The notes under the pieces: generated by a model | Database searches by the model: none | Told to the model about the DNA's origin: nothing | The model's input: only the letters and a program-made list of their open reading frames with translations | In this document: one piece after another, positions 28,765 to 37,531 of the stretch | How positions within the stretch are numbered: position 1 is the first letter of the stretch | Layout of the letters: every line of letters begins with the position of its first letter | Made by a program: the position numbers and the translations under genes | DNA from: Candidatus Poriferisodalis sp. | GTDB taxonomy: Bacteria; Actinomycetota; Acidimicrobiia; Acidimicrobiales; Poriferisodalaceae | Direction: 5' to 3' | DNA length: 64,000 nt | Assembly: GCF_965198245.1 (NCBI RefSeq) | Contig: NZ_OZ240249.1 | Span: 1,244,200 to 1,308,199 of the forward strand

Positions 28765-29626
28765 CCCAGAAATCCTCGGCGGAGTTCTCGATGTGATGCA
28801 GGCCTAGGGCGAGCAGGATGCTGCGCGTCGTCAACAGTGGGGCGATCTCGGCAGCGTCACGTAACGCAGTCGCAGCCTCAGCCGTGTCTGCCCGTCCTGA
28901 CGAGCTGTCGATCAGGTGAAATGCGGCTGCGAGGACATCTGCGGGGAACTTGTGCCACGCAGGCCTTTCCGACTCAGGCCGGACCAAGTCGAGCAGGGTG
29001 AGTTGCCGGGCGCTGAACCTCTGGGCGTAGGAGTAGACCGCATTGTGCGATGAGCGCCAATGCCTGATGCGCTCACGGTCTGGTGACCTGCGGCTGCCCG
29101 GTGCTCGGGCTGGCTCGTGCCAAGTGTTGGTCAGCATCTCGAACGCCGCATCGAGGTAGCCGCCCCACTGCAGCGGCAATGAACCGGATGGCGGCAAGGC
29201 CTGCTGCAATTCCCGCAACCTCTCTGGCCCGAACTCGTCGAGCGGAGGGGTGACGGGCTCGATTCGACCTTCAATTGGTGCCGCGCCAGTTGCGGGTCGC
29301 CAACCGCTGAAGCGTTGCCACCGGTCGAGGCTCGCGTCGGCGAGATCGCTCGGACTACTGCCGACGAACGGATTGTCTAGCGCCGCGGCTACGGTCGGGA
29401 GGGTCTTCCACAGGCGCTCCAGATCCCAATCTGTGTATCCGGCCGAGCCGTGAGCGGATGCGACGATGGCTAACTCGAGCTTGCGGAGAACCTGCGCCGG
29501 AAGCTCGGCGAGCATCGGGGCCAGACGCGGCAACAGACTGTCAGAGGTCAACACCAACTCGACGAGGTCGACCAAGGTATTCGATGCTCCTGCATTCGTC
29601 GCACTGAGCTGTGCCGCGGCCTCCAT
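28757..29626 (-). CDS. Hypothetical 289-aa protein, middle gene of the helicase operon
   Basis: Its stop overlaps the helicase start by 8 nt. Mostly helical-looking, with no motif recognised. Confidence 0.6.
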   Translation of the reverse strand: MEAAAQLSATNAGASNTLVDLVELVLTSDSLLPRLAPMLAELPAQVLRKLELAIVASAHGSAGYTDWDLERLWKTLPTVAAALDNPFVGSSPSDLADASLDRWQRFSGWRPATGAAPIEGRIEPVTPPLDEFGPERLRELQQALPPSGSLPLQWGGYLDAAFEMLTNTWHEPARAPGSRRSPDRERIRHWRSSHNAVYSYAQRFSARQLTLLDLVRPESERPAWHKFPADVLAAAFHLIDSSSGRADTAEAATALRDAAEIAPLLTTRSILLALGLHHIENSAEDFWGD

Positions 29627-29680
29627 GGCACTAGCGAGTTCGTCGGTTGCGGAGGCTGCTGCGCTGATATCCAGGCTCTT

Positions 29681-32335
29681 TTAACGGGCGGCACCTGCGA
29701 CGACAAGCTCGAGCGCCTCGAGTGGGGCCTCGGTGCGAAGACCCTCAAGTCGGATCCGCCGCTGCAGTTCCGATCCGACGAGCACATCGCGTGTGCCTGC
29801 TTGGCCGGGAATCGGCAACGTTGGCGAGGACCACTCATCGGCCAAGGTGACTTCGGCCACGTAGGGACCCGGCGGCAGCAGCAGGATTGCCTCGCATCGG
29901 CCAGCGACGTCGTCCTCCACTTCGACGCAAACGGGCTGCTCCCACGGCCGATGCTCTGACCAGAGCCGGAGTTGGCGACCAGTGAACTGGCGGTTCTCCG
30001 TCCACTCGGCGCTGACAAGGCACTCGGCGGTCTCCGGGTCGAGTTCCGTGCTGATCTCCAAGTCGCTCACAATGAACTGTGCCTCTACCACGGCGATGGG
30101 CTCGCTCAGGTCGTCGACATGGAGGATGAGATCTAGCCGAGGAGCCGTCGCAGCGGCGATTGTCGTCCGCAGTTCGGCAAGCGAGAAGGACCACCACCCG
30201 ACCGGGCTATTGGTTTGCAGAGGCCCGATCTCGTAAGGGCTTGCGTCACTGCGCAGTTCAAGTCGCAGTGTTGCCGGCCGACCGCATCGAACCAAGACCG
30301 ACCCGACTGCGCCTGATTCAATCTCGTCGAGTCCGATTCGCAGCCGCTCAACTCCGAGGGTTGGGAAGGATCCGTCGGTTCGGCGAAGCGCCCAGGTCAA
30401 TCGAGGAATCGTGACAGCGAAGGCGGTGCCGCCGGCTGTGAGGGGAACGGTGTCCTGGCCTGCCTCAAACGACAACCTCGCTTCTGAAACTCGCGCACCG
30501 CCTTCGAGAAGGAGTTCGGCATCCGCGGTGACGCGAACCTCGACGACCTCGCGCGGTACGAAGATGCGATCAGGGACATCGACGGCGAGTCCCTGAATGA
30601 CGGTTATGTCCTCGCGAATGTCGCTGCCCAATGGGCCAGACACCTCGATCGTGCCCGCGAATGCAGGGGCAGAAGGCAAGAGCGCCGCCAATTCAAATGC
30701 GCCCTCCGCACACGGCAAGTCTGCGAGTCGCGTAGTGGTCGGCGAGCGATTCTCGGCCGACGCATCTGTGGCAGGTTCGCTTTCGCTTCGAATCTCGCGC
30801 CAACGGACGCGCCACCTTTGTGGATCGGCGTCCTCGGGCATCGCAATACTCGGTGGCTCAGCGAACACGCCGCCGCCGAGCATCCCTCTTGTGCCACTGA
30901 CCGGCGCCGTCGCCAATTTGGGCCGTGCGGGGGCTCGGGCCACGGCCAGCTCCGTCAATTCCTCATCGCCGCCCGGCCCAGGAGGAGGCTTCACCAGCAC
31001 GGCAGCTACCCCCTCGAGGTCGAAGCTTCTCAGCACCCAGCCATTCCATGCGCCTGCCCGCGGAGGAAGTTCCTCTGGACTCGGGATGGGCATTCCATCG
31101 GAGTCGGTGATGGCTACGCCTGGTGATGTCAGAATCAACGCTTGGCTGGCGGGCAGCCGGTGCTGCTGACGTGTGAGATTGCCGGAGGCATCGAACACGT
31201 ATGCGTGAACCCGCTCCAAACCCGCAAACTGTCGCTCCGACTGCCGGTTGGCCGAGTGCTCGCGCCACTCAAGCGTTGCAGTCCAGCCATGCGACGGCGC
31301 GAGCGGGATATCGCGCGGATCATGCCTGCGCGTCGCGAATCTGTGTGTCATAGCACCCTGGATCAGCCACCCGCCTTCATGCGGAAAAGGCGGAAGCGTC
31401 ATGTACGGACCATCACACGAGTAGCGGTCGATTCGGACAGTGGGTCGAGGCGGACGTCGCCCACGCCGGGCCGAACGTCGTTCGTCGTTGAGCAGGGCCC
31501 GCGTCAAGTACCGGGGCAGTCCTGCGTCGGCAGAGAGTTCTGCGATGAGGTCGGTCGCGTCACGTCCGAGTTCGGCGATGTCGGCGGCCGTGTCGATCAC
31601 CCGCTGCAGAAGGTCGCTGGCAAATTCGTCGCCATACTCGAAGAAGCGTTGTACTGGCTTCGCAAGTCCTGACCAGCGGGTGCTGGACTGTCGTATGCGA
31701 CCGATGAGCTCGTCGGCATCCCAGATGCCATCGCGCAATCCGGCAAACACCAAATCTGCGACTTCGTCTGCGCACGCAGCAGGGATGCCTCCGTGCATGA
31801 GAATCGGGCTCACATACGCGAGCCAGCGTTCTCGAGCCGCCGCGTAGCTGAAGTTCTCGAGTCCGAGTTCGTCCAGTGCCGACAGAAACGCCCTGCCTAC
31901 CTTGGACTGATCGACACCTGATGAGAGGTACGGGGCAATGGCAATGTTGGGCCAGAACGTACCTTCGTCGTAACAGCGCGCACCTTCGGCGGCGAGAAAT
32001 GCTGCAGTCGAGGCGGGGTAGCGCTTCAGGCGATCAGGCACACCGTGCTGGGCGACCTTGAGGACGACGTCTCTAGCCCTCTTGAGAATCGATCCATCAG
32101 CGGAGAGGTCGAGTTCGCTGACAATGCGAATGCCGTCGAAATGACGTCGAAGCTCGCGTTCGACGAAGTACGGGTTGTCGGTGGATTGCCGCGGTGCTTG
32201 CTGTTCATCATCCGCATTACCCGTGGACATATGTGAAACGTATCCGGCTTGCATCAGCCGATGCCCGATGTGTGGCCGCAGGATCTCGAGGCCAGAGCTG
32301 TCCGTGCTGGTGCACTGGGCAGTCGATGGGCCCAA
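29681..32335 (-). CDS. Hypothetical large protein (up to 884 aa), first gene of the helicase operon. Helical N-terminal half and a beta-rich (Ig-like?) C-terminal half.
   Basis: Long ORF with coding-like composition, 54 nt upstream of the 289-aa gene. I could find no Walker, nuclease or methylase motif. The listed start is a TTG; Met28 (32254) or Met36 (32230) are alternatives. Confidence 0.6.
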   Translation of the reverse strand: MGPSTAQCTSTDSSGLEILRPHIGHRLMQAGYVSHMSTGNADDEQQAPRQSTDNPYFVERELRRHFDGIRIVSELDLSADGSILKRARDVVLKVAQHGVPDRLKRYPASTAAFLAAEGARCYDEGTFWPNIAIAPYLSSGVDQSKVGRAFLSALDELGLENFSYAAARERWLAYVSPILMHGGIPAACADEVADLVFAGLRDGIWDADELIGRIRQSSTRWSGLAKPVQRFFEYGDEFASDLLQRVIDTAADIAELGRDATDLIAELSADAGLPRYLTRALLNDERRSARRGRRPPRPTVRIDRYSCDGPYMTLPPFPHEGGWLIQGAMTHRFATRRHDPRDIPLAPSHGWTATLEWREHSANRQSERQFAGLERVHAYVFDASGNLTRQQHRLPASQALILTSPGVAITDSDGMPIPSPEELPPRAGAWNGWVLRSFDLEGVAAVLVKPPPGPGGDEELTELAVARAPARPKLATAPVSGTRGMLGGGVFAEPPSIAMPEDADPQRWRVRWREIRSESEPATDASAENRSPTTTRLADLPCAEGAFELAALLPSAPAFAGTIEVSGPLGSDIREDITVIQGLAVDVPDRIFVPREVVEVRVTADAELLLEGGARVSEARLSFEAGQDTVPLTAGGTAFAVTIPRLTWALRRTDGSFPTLGVERLRIGLDEIESGAVGSVLVRCGRPATLRLELRSDASPYEIGPLQTNSPVGWWSFSLAELRTTIAAATAPRLDLILHVDDLSEPIAVVEAQFIVSDLEISTELDPETAECLVSAEWTENRQFTGRQLRLWSEHRPWEQPVCVEVEDDVAGRCEAILLLPPGPYVAEVTLADEWSSPTLPIPGQAGTRDVLVGSELQRRIRLEGLRTEAPLEALELVVAGAAR

Positions 32336-32378
32336 AATGCGTTGCCGAACCGGGCGGCGTGTGTTCTAGCGTGAGGTC

Positions 32379-32651
32379 ATGACAGCGGGCATGATGGCAG
32401 CGACACAGCTTGTCGTCGAGGCGTGGGCGGTACTCGTAGCCGCCGCGGGCATCGTCGCCAGCGTGCTCGGCACCGGCTTGGGCATCACCTTCCACCTCAG
32501 CGGACGCATCGACCACCAGTCGGATCGCATCGACCACCAGTCCGACCGCATCGACGGCGTGACCGCCGAGGTCGCCTTGGTGCGTGAGCGCGTAGCACGC
32601 CTGGAAGGCAGCTCCGGCACACCCGATCCGGGTCCGTTGCAGCTCGCCTGA
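32379..32651 (+). CDS. Small (90 aa) membrane-anchored protein with a tandem heptad repeat (RIDHQSD x2.5)
   Basis: N-terminal TM helix (AVLVAAAGIVASVLGTGLGI). The repeats are encoded by 21-bp units at 32505..32525, 32526..32546 and a partial unit at 32547..32555. Divergent from the 884-aa gene (44-bp gap). Confidence 0.4.
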   Translation: MTAGMMAATQLVVEAWAVLVAAAGIVASVLGTGLGITFHLSGRIDHQSDRIDHQSDRIDGVTAEVALVRERVARLEGSSGTPDPGPLQLA

Positions 32652-32702
32652 GCAAGCCCCTCTCGACGCTGCCCGCAGTGAGCGATCAGCACTTCGAGGG
32701 CT

Positions 32703-33179
32703 TCATGTGCGGCGGGCCATCATCATGTTCGCCACCGCGCGCACCACCGTGGTGCCGTCCTGGTTGACGAGTTCGTGGGTCATCTTGATGATGCCGCGGT
32801 CGGGCTTGGAGCGGCTCGGGCGAACCTCCAGAATCTCGACCACGAGGGTGAGAGGGTCGCCTGGATACACCGGTGCCAGCCAGCGCAGTTCGTCGAGACC
32901 AGGCGAACCCATGCTCGATGGCCCCAACAGGTATTCACCCAGCATCCTCATCATGATCGAGCCGGTATGCCATCCCGACGCGATGATCCGGCCATAGACG
33001 GTGTTTCGGGCTGCCTGGGGATCGATGTGGAAGGGCTGCGGGTCGAACTTACGGCCGAATTCGATGATCTCGGCCTCGTCGATGGTCGTCGTTCCGAACG
33101 TAAAACGTTCACCGGCCTCGTAGTCGTCGAACCATCGCTGCGGGCAGGGAATGTCGCTGGGCATCGTGACAGTCTGCAC
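32703..33179 (-). CDS. MaoC-like (R)-hydratase / hot-dog fold dehydratase, intact copy
   Basis: 158 aa. FDPQPFHIDPQAA...GRIIASGWHTGS is the MaoC hydratase motif. Lies directly downstream of aceE on the same strand. Confidence 0.8.
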   Translation of the reverse strand: MQTVTMPSDIPCPQRWFDDYEAGERFTFGTTTIDEAEIIEFGRKFDPQPFHIDPQAARNTVYGRIIASGWHTGSIMMRMLGEYLLGPSSMGSPGLDELRWLAPVYPGDPLTLVVEILEVRPSRSKPDRGIIKMTHELVNQDGTTVVRAVANMMMARRT

Positions 33180-33221
33180 GCGCCGCCCTCGCAGCGTCGG
33201 GAATCGTCGGCACCGGCTAGC

Positions 33222-35924
33222 TCAGTGCGTTGCCGAGGACCAGGGGTCGGCGCTGTCGGTGGCCAGGCCGTAGCGCTTGATGGCCTCGGCCGCCGCAGTC
33301 GCGTCGATCTCGCCGAGCTCGGCAAGGCGCCACAGCACCGCCACTGTGGTGTGCTCGGCAGTCACCTCGAAGTGCTCCCGCAGCCGGCTGCGGGTGTCGC
33401 TGCGGCCGAATCCGTCGGTGCCCAGCGAGGTGTAGTCGCGGCCGATCCAGCGTGACACCTGGTCGGGCACGGCTCGCATGAAGTCGGTCACGGCCACGAC
33501 CGGCCCGGAGCCGTCGGCCAGCTGCCGGGTCACGAACGGCACCTGCTGGGGATCGTCGGGATGCAGCGTGTTCCACCGCTCGCACGACAGTGCTTCTTCA
33601 CGCAACGCCTTGTACGAGGGGGCGCTCCACAGGTCCACCCCAACGTCGTGCTCGGCGGCCAGCAGGTCGGCCGCGGCCCGGGCAGCACCTTGCGCCGAAC
33701 CCGAGAACAGGATGGTGCCGGCGTGCGAGCGACCTTCCGGAGCCGGGGCGAAGCGATACAGCCCAGCCAGCAGATCCGATGTCGAGAGGTCGTCCGGCTC
33801 AGGGGGCTGGACGTAGTTCTCGTTGTAGATCGTCAGGTAGTAGAAGATGTCCTCGCCCACGCCGTACATGCGCCGGATCCCGTCGCGCACGATCGTCGCG
33901 AGCTCGTAGGCGAACGCCGGGTCGTATGCCTGACATGGCGGCACGACCGAGGCCAGCAGCGGCGAGTGGCCGTCCTGGTGCTGGAGACCCTCGCCCATCA
34001 AGGTGGTGCGCCCGGCCGTGGCCCCCATGAGGAAACCGCGACCCCTCATGTCGGCCAGCGCCCAGATCATGTCGCCCACACGCTGGAAGCCGAACATCGA
34101 ATAGAAGGTGTAGAAGGGCACCATCGCCACGCCGCGGACGGCATAGGAGGTGGCGGCGGCGGTGAAGCTGGCCAGCGCCCCGGCCTCGGTGATGCCCTCC
34201 TCAAGGATCTGGCCGTCGATGTGCTCGGTGTAGGACAGCAGCAGGTCGTGGTCGACGGGCTCGTACAGCTGGCCCTGGCTGGCGTAGATGCCGAGCTCGC
34301 GAAACAGCGAGTCCATGCCGAACGTGCGGGCCTCGTCGGGAATGATCGGCACCACACGGTCGCCGAAGCCCGGCTCTCGCGTCATCGCCCGCAGCATCCG
34401 GGTGAAGGCCATGGTGGTCGACACCGCAAACTTGCCCGAGCCCGCCGAGAACTCCTCGAACGGCTTCGAGCTCGGCATCGGCAGTGCCTTGCGGCACCAG
34501 TTGCCCATGCGTTTGGGCAACGGACCGCCCAGAGCCTTCCGGCGGGCCACCAAGTACTCGTGCTCGGCACTGCCGGGCTGGGGGCGGCAATAGGGCGGAT
34601 CGTCAGGGTCGAACTCGGCGTCGATCTCGTTGTGGAGCCGCAAGCGCTCCCGGATGGTCATGAGCTGGGTCCGGTTCAGCTTCTTGATCTGATGGGTGGC
34701 ATTGCGTGCTTCGAGGTCAGGTCCCAACGACCAGCCCTTCACAGTCTTGGTCAAGATGACGGTCGGGCTGCCCTCATGCTCCACGGCCGCCTGGTAGGCC
34801 GCGTACAGCTTCTTGTAGTCGTGACCGCCTCGGGGCAGGGTCTGCAGGTCCTCGTCGGAGAGGTGCTGGACCATCTCTCGCAACCGGGGATCGGGCCCGA
34901 AGAACCGCTCGCGGATGTAGGCCCCGCTTTCCACCGAGTAGCGCTGGTACTCGCCGTCGATGGTCTCGTTCATCTTGTTGAGCAGTGCGCCGTCACGGTC
35001 CCGGGCCAGCAGGTCGTCCCAGCGGCCTCCCCAGATCACCTTGATGACGTTCCACCCAGAGCCGCGGAAGTTGGCCTCGAGCTCCTGGATGATCTTCCCG
35101 TTGCCACGCACGGGCCCGTCGAGACGCTGCAGGTTGCAGTTCACGACGAAGATGAGGTTGTCGAGGCGTTCCCGTGCGGCGAGGTGCAGCGCACCGAGGG
35201 TTTCGGGCTCGTCGGTTTCGCCGTCGCCCACGAAACACCACACCTTCGACTCGGCCGTGTTGTCGATACGACGGTTGTGCAGGTAGCGGTTGAAGCGGGC
35301 GTGGTAGATCGCCATGATCGGCCCGAGGCCCATCGACACCGTCGGGTACTCCCAGAAGTCGGGCATGAGACGCGGATGGGGGTACGACGACAGCCCGGTG
35401 CGGCCGATCTCGCGCCGGAAGTGCTCGAGGTCGGTGTCGTCGAGGCGGCCCTCGAGATAGGCCCGTGCGTAGATGCCAGGTGCGGCATGGCCCTGGATGT
35501 AGATGTGGTCGCCGGGCTCGCCGTCATCCTTGCCTTGCCAGAAGTGGTTGAAGCCCACGTCATAGAGCGCCGCGGAGCTGGCAAACGTGGACAGGTGGCC
35601 GCCGATGCCGTCCGCCCAGGAGTTGGCGTGGGTGACCATTGCGACGGCGTTCCAGCGGATGAAAGCTCGAAGGCGCTTCTCAATCCCTTCATCGCCCGGG
35701 AACCACGGCTCGTCTTCGGGGGCGATGGTGTTGATGTACGGGGTCGAGACGGTGGCGGGAAAGTCGACCTGCAGCTCGCGGGCCTTGGACATCAGACGCC
35801 GGATCAGAAAGCGTGCCCGGTTCTTGCCCCGTTCCTCGACAACTGCTTTGAACGACTGCAGCCAGTCGTCGGTCTCGTCGGGATCGATGTCGGGGATCTG
35901 CTCATGCAACCCGTCAAAGAGCAT
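33222..35924 (-). CDS. aceE: Pyruvate dehydrogenase E1 component, homodimeric type
   Basis: Start at Met95 of ORF 33222..36206 (MLFDGLHEQIPDIDPDETDDWLQSF), giving 900 aa. ThDP motif GDGETDEPE...NLIFVVNCNLQRLDGPVRGN. Confidence 0.9.
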   Translation of the reverse strand: MLFDGLHEQIPDIDPDETDDWLQSFKAVVEERGKNRARFLIRRLMSKARELQVDFPATVSTPYINTIAPEDEPWFPGDEGIEKRLRAFIRWNAVAMVTHANSWADGIGGHLSTFASSAALYDVGFNHFWQGKDDGEPGDHIYIQGHAAPGIYARAYLEGRLDDTDLEHFRREIGRTGLSSYPHPRLMPDFWEYPTVSMGLGPIMAIYHARFNRYLHNRRIDNTAESKVWCFVGDGETDEPETLGALHLAARERLDNLIFVVNCNLQRLDGPVRGNGKIIQELEANFRGSGWNVIKVIWGGRWDDLLARDRDGALLNKMNETIDGEYQRYSVESGAYIRERFFGPDPRLREMVQHLSDEDLQTLPRGGHDYKKLYAAYQAAVEHEGSPTVILTKTVKGWSLGPDLEARNATHQIKKLNRTQLMTIRERLRLHNEIDAEFDPDDPPYCRPQPGSAEHEYLVARRKALGGPLPKRMGNWCRKALPMPSSKPFEEFSAGSGKFAVSTTMAFTRMLRAMTREPGFGDRVVPIIPDEARTFGMDSLFRELGIYASQGQLYEPVDHDLLLSYTEHIDGQILEEGITEAGALASFTAAATSYAVRGVAMVPFYTFYSMFGFQRVGDMIWALADMRGRGFLMGATAGRTTLMGEGLQHQDGHSPLLASVVPPCQAYDPAFAYELATIVRDGIRRMYGVGEDIFYYLTIYNENYVQPPEPDDLSTSDLLAGLYRFAPAPEGRSHAGTILFSGSAQGAARAAADLLAAEHDVGVDLWSAPSYKALREEALSCERWNTLHPDDPQQVPFVTRQLADGSGPVVAVTDFMRAVPDQVSRWIGRDYTSLGTDGFGRSDTRSRLREHFEVTAEHTTVAVLWRLAELGEIDATAAAEAIKRYGLATDSADPWSSATH

Positions 35925-35945
35925 GGGTTCTAGTGTCGCACTTGG

Positions 35946-37010
35946 ATGAGTCCCCAGCCGAACACCCAAGCCCGCGAAGTCTTCACTGACGGGTCGTGCC
36001 TGGGCAATCCGGGACCGGGCGGCTGGGCGTACGTGATTGACGGCGGGCCGTGGGCGTGCGGTCACGAACCCAGGACAACGAACCAGCGGATGGAGGTCAC
36101 CGCTGCGGCTCAGGCCGTCGAGGTGCTGGATGGGCCGCTGCGCATCATGAGCGACTCCACCTACGTGGTGAAGTGCTTCACCGACGAATGGTGGAAGGGC
36201 TGGCACCGGCGCAATTGGCTGAACACGTCACGCAAGCCGGTGGCCAACCGAGACCTGTGGGAGCCGTTCATCGATGCCGTGCTGGCGCGGGGCGACGTCG
36301 AGTTTGCTTGGGTGAAAGGTCACGCCGGCCAGCGGTTGAATTCCGCCGCCGATGCCCTGGCCGTGCACGCTGCGAGCGCTGGTGCTGGGCTCCGGGGCAA
36401 GCGATTCGACGATGACGTGCTCGATCAGCTCGCTGACGGGCGGTCGGGGTCGCACGGCTCCCCGAAGGGCACCGTCAGCACCGACGAGCCGACATCGGGG
36501 AACCGGGAAATCGCCGGTCACGTCGTGACCGTGCTGGGCCACCGGCCGCCGGAGCTCGGCGGGTACAACGAGAACCCGATCTTGCGCAAGGTGCTCCGGC
36601 AGCTGAGCGACGTACTCGCTGCCAAGCGCCAGATGCATCCCGATCTCGTGGTCGCGACGGGCCTCGGGCTTGGTGCCGAGACGCTGGGTGCCGAGGCTGC
36701 GCTGGCGGCTGGTGTGCCATATGCCGTGGTGCTTGCGTTCGAGGGCGTCGAACGACGGTGGCCGGGGACGTCGCGTCAACGCTTCGCCGAGCTCCGGCAG
36801 CAAGCAGCTCAAGAATTCATGCTCGGTGCCAAGTCACCAGTCGACGGAGAGGCGTTCGGCAAGGCGATGCGGCGGCGGGACACGTGGTTCATGCACAACT
36901 GCGACGAAGCGATCCTCGTTCGCCGAGCCGGCGACCGCACGCTGGCGGACCTGCACCGGCGCCTGGAAGAAGCGCTCGGCGGGGACGTGTGGGTCATCGA
37001 GCCCGACTAG
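35946..37010 (+). CDS. rnhA: RNase HI fused to a C-terminal YpsA/DUF1273-type SLOG domain
   Basis: N-terminus: FTDGSCLGNPGPGGWAY, TNQRMEV, IMSDSTYV, WVKGHAG..LNSAADALA (the DEDD residues of RNase HI). C-terminus: VTVLGHRPPELGGYNENP, VVATGLGLGAETLGAEAALAAGVPYAVVLAFEGVERRW parallels B. subtilis YpsA (ITGYKPHELG...ISGQLGVELWAAE...AVITPF). Only 21 bp separate it from the divergent aceE start. Confidence 0.75.
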   Translation: MSPQPNTQAREVFTDGSCLGNPGPGGWAYVIDGGPWACGHEPRTTNQRMEVTAAAQAVEVLDGPLRIMSDSTYVVKCFTDEWWKGWHRRNWLNTSRKPVANRDLWEPFIDAVLARGDVEFAWVKGHAGQRLNSAADALAVHAASAGAGLRGKRFDDDVLDQLADGRSGSHGSPKGTVSTDEPTSGNREIAGHVVTVLGHRPPELGGYNENPILRKVLRQLSDVLAAKRQMHPDLVVATGLGLGAETLGAEAALAAGVPYAVVLAFEGVERRWPGTSRQRFAELRQQAAQEFMLGAKSPVDGEAFGKAMRRRDTWFMHNCDEAILVRRAGDRTLADLHRRLEEALGGDVWVIEPD

Positions 37011-37037
37011 CAGCAGCGGGCCATCCGGGCCGGTTGC

Positions 37038-37523
37038 TCAGGCGGCGTTCTCAGCGTCTGTGTCGGGGGTCGCGGCGGGAGGCGTCTCGACGATGGCTGC
37101 CAGTCGCTCGAGCGTGACTTCCATGGACAGCACGTTCTTCTTGTGAGCTCCCGCAAGTTCGATGCTGCGCGGCCAGCGTGCAGTTCCCCATTCGAAGGTC
37201 TCGCGCACCAGCGTGCCGCCGTCGTCGGAGGGCTCGAGCTCGTATCGCCAGCGTTGCCCCTGCCAGTGCGCCCACGCGATCAGCCGGTTCTCCTCGAACT
37301 CCAGGACCCGGTTCTTGGTGGGGTACGTGACGCCGAGACGCACGCGCATCGAAAATGTGCTGCCGAGCGTCAATGGGATGTTGCTGCTGGTTGCCCGAAC
37401 CAGCCTCCCCGAGCCGTCGATCTCGCAGTGACGGCTGGCATCGGCTAGCACCGTAAAGATCGCCTCAGCCGGCGCGGCGATGTGGCGCTCGACGCTGACG
37501 CTGCGCTGCTCGCTCCTGGCCAT
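37038..37523 (-). CDS. SRPBCC (polyketide cyclase/START-like) family protein
   Basis: 161 aa. The N-terminus ERHIAAPAEAIFTVLADASRHCEIDGSG and the overall size are typical of Polyketide_cyc2-type SRPBCC proteins. Confidence 0.6.
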   Translation of the reverse strand: MARSEQRSVSVERHIAAPAEAIFTVLADASRHCEIDGSGRLVRATSSNIPLTLGSTFSMRVRLGVTYPTKNRVLEFEENRLIAWAHWQGQRWRYELEPSDDGGTLVRETFEWGTARWPRSIELAGAHKKNVLSMEVTLERLAAIVETPPAATPDTDAENAA

Positions 37524-37531
37524 GGCTTCGG

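Noticed and set aside
23098-32711. Looked for an integrase, recombinase, transposase or excisionase inside the island
   Set aside because: No ORF has tyrosine- or serine-recombinase or DDE motifs, so mobility machinery cannot be claimed.
33561-35933. 790-aa plus-strand ORF antisense to aceE. Similar long antisense ORFs: 7367..8770, 17367..18431, 17972..19108, 41145..42539, 54576..55493, 56960..58213, 60181..61320, 61853..62737, 38545..39210, and the part of 37826..39217 above 38236.
   Set aside because: These are typical shadow ORFs of a high-GC genome. They are Arg/Pro/Gly/His-rich low-complexity translations with no recognisable motifs. Each lies fully opposite a gene that has strong family signatures.
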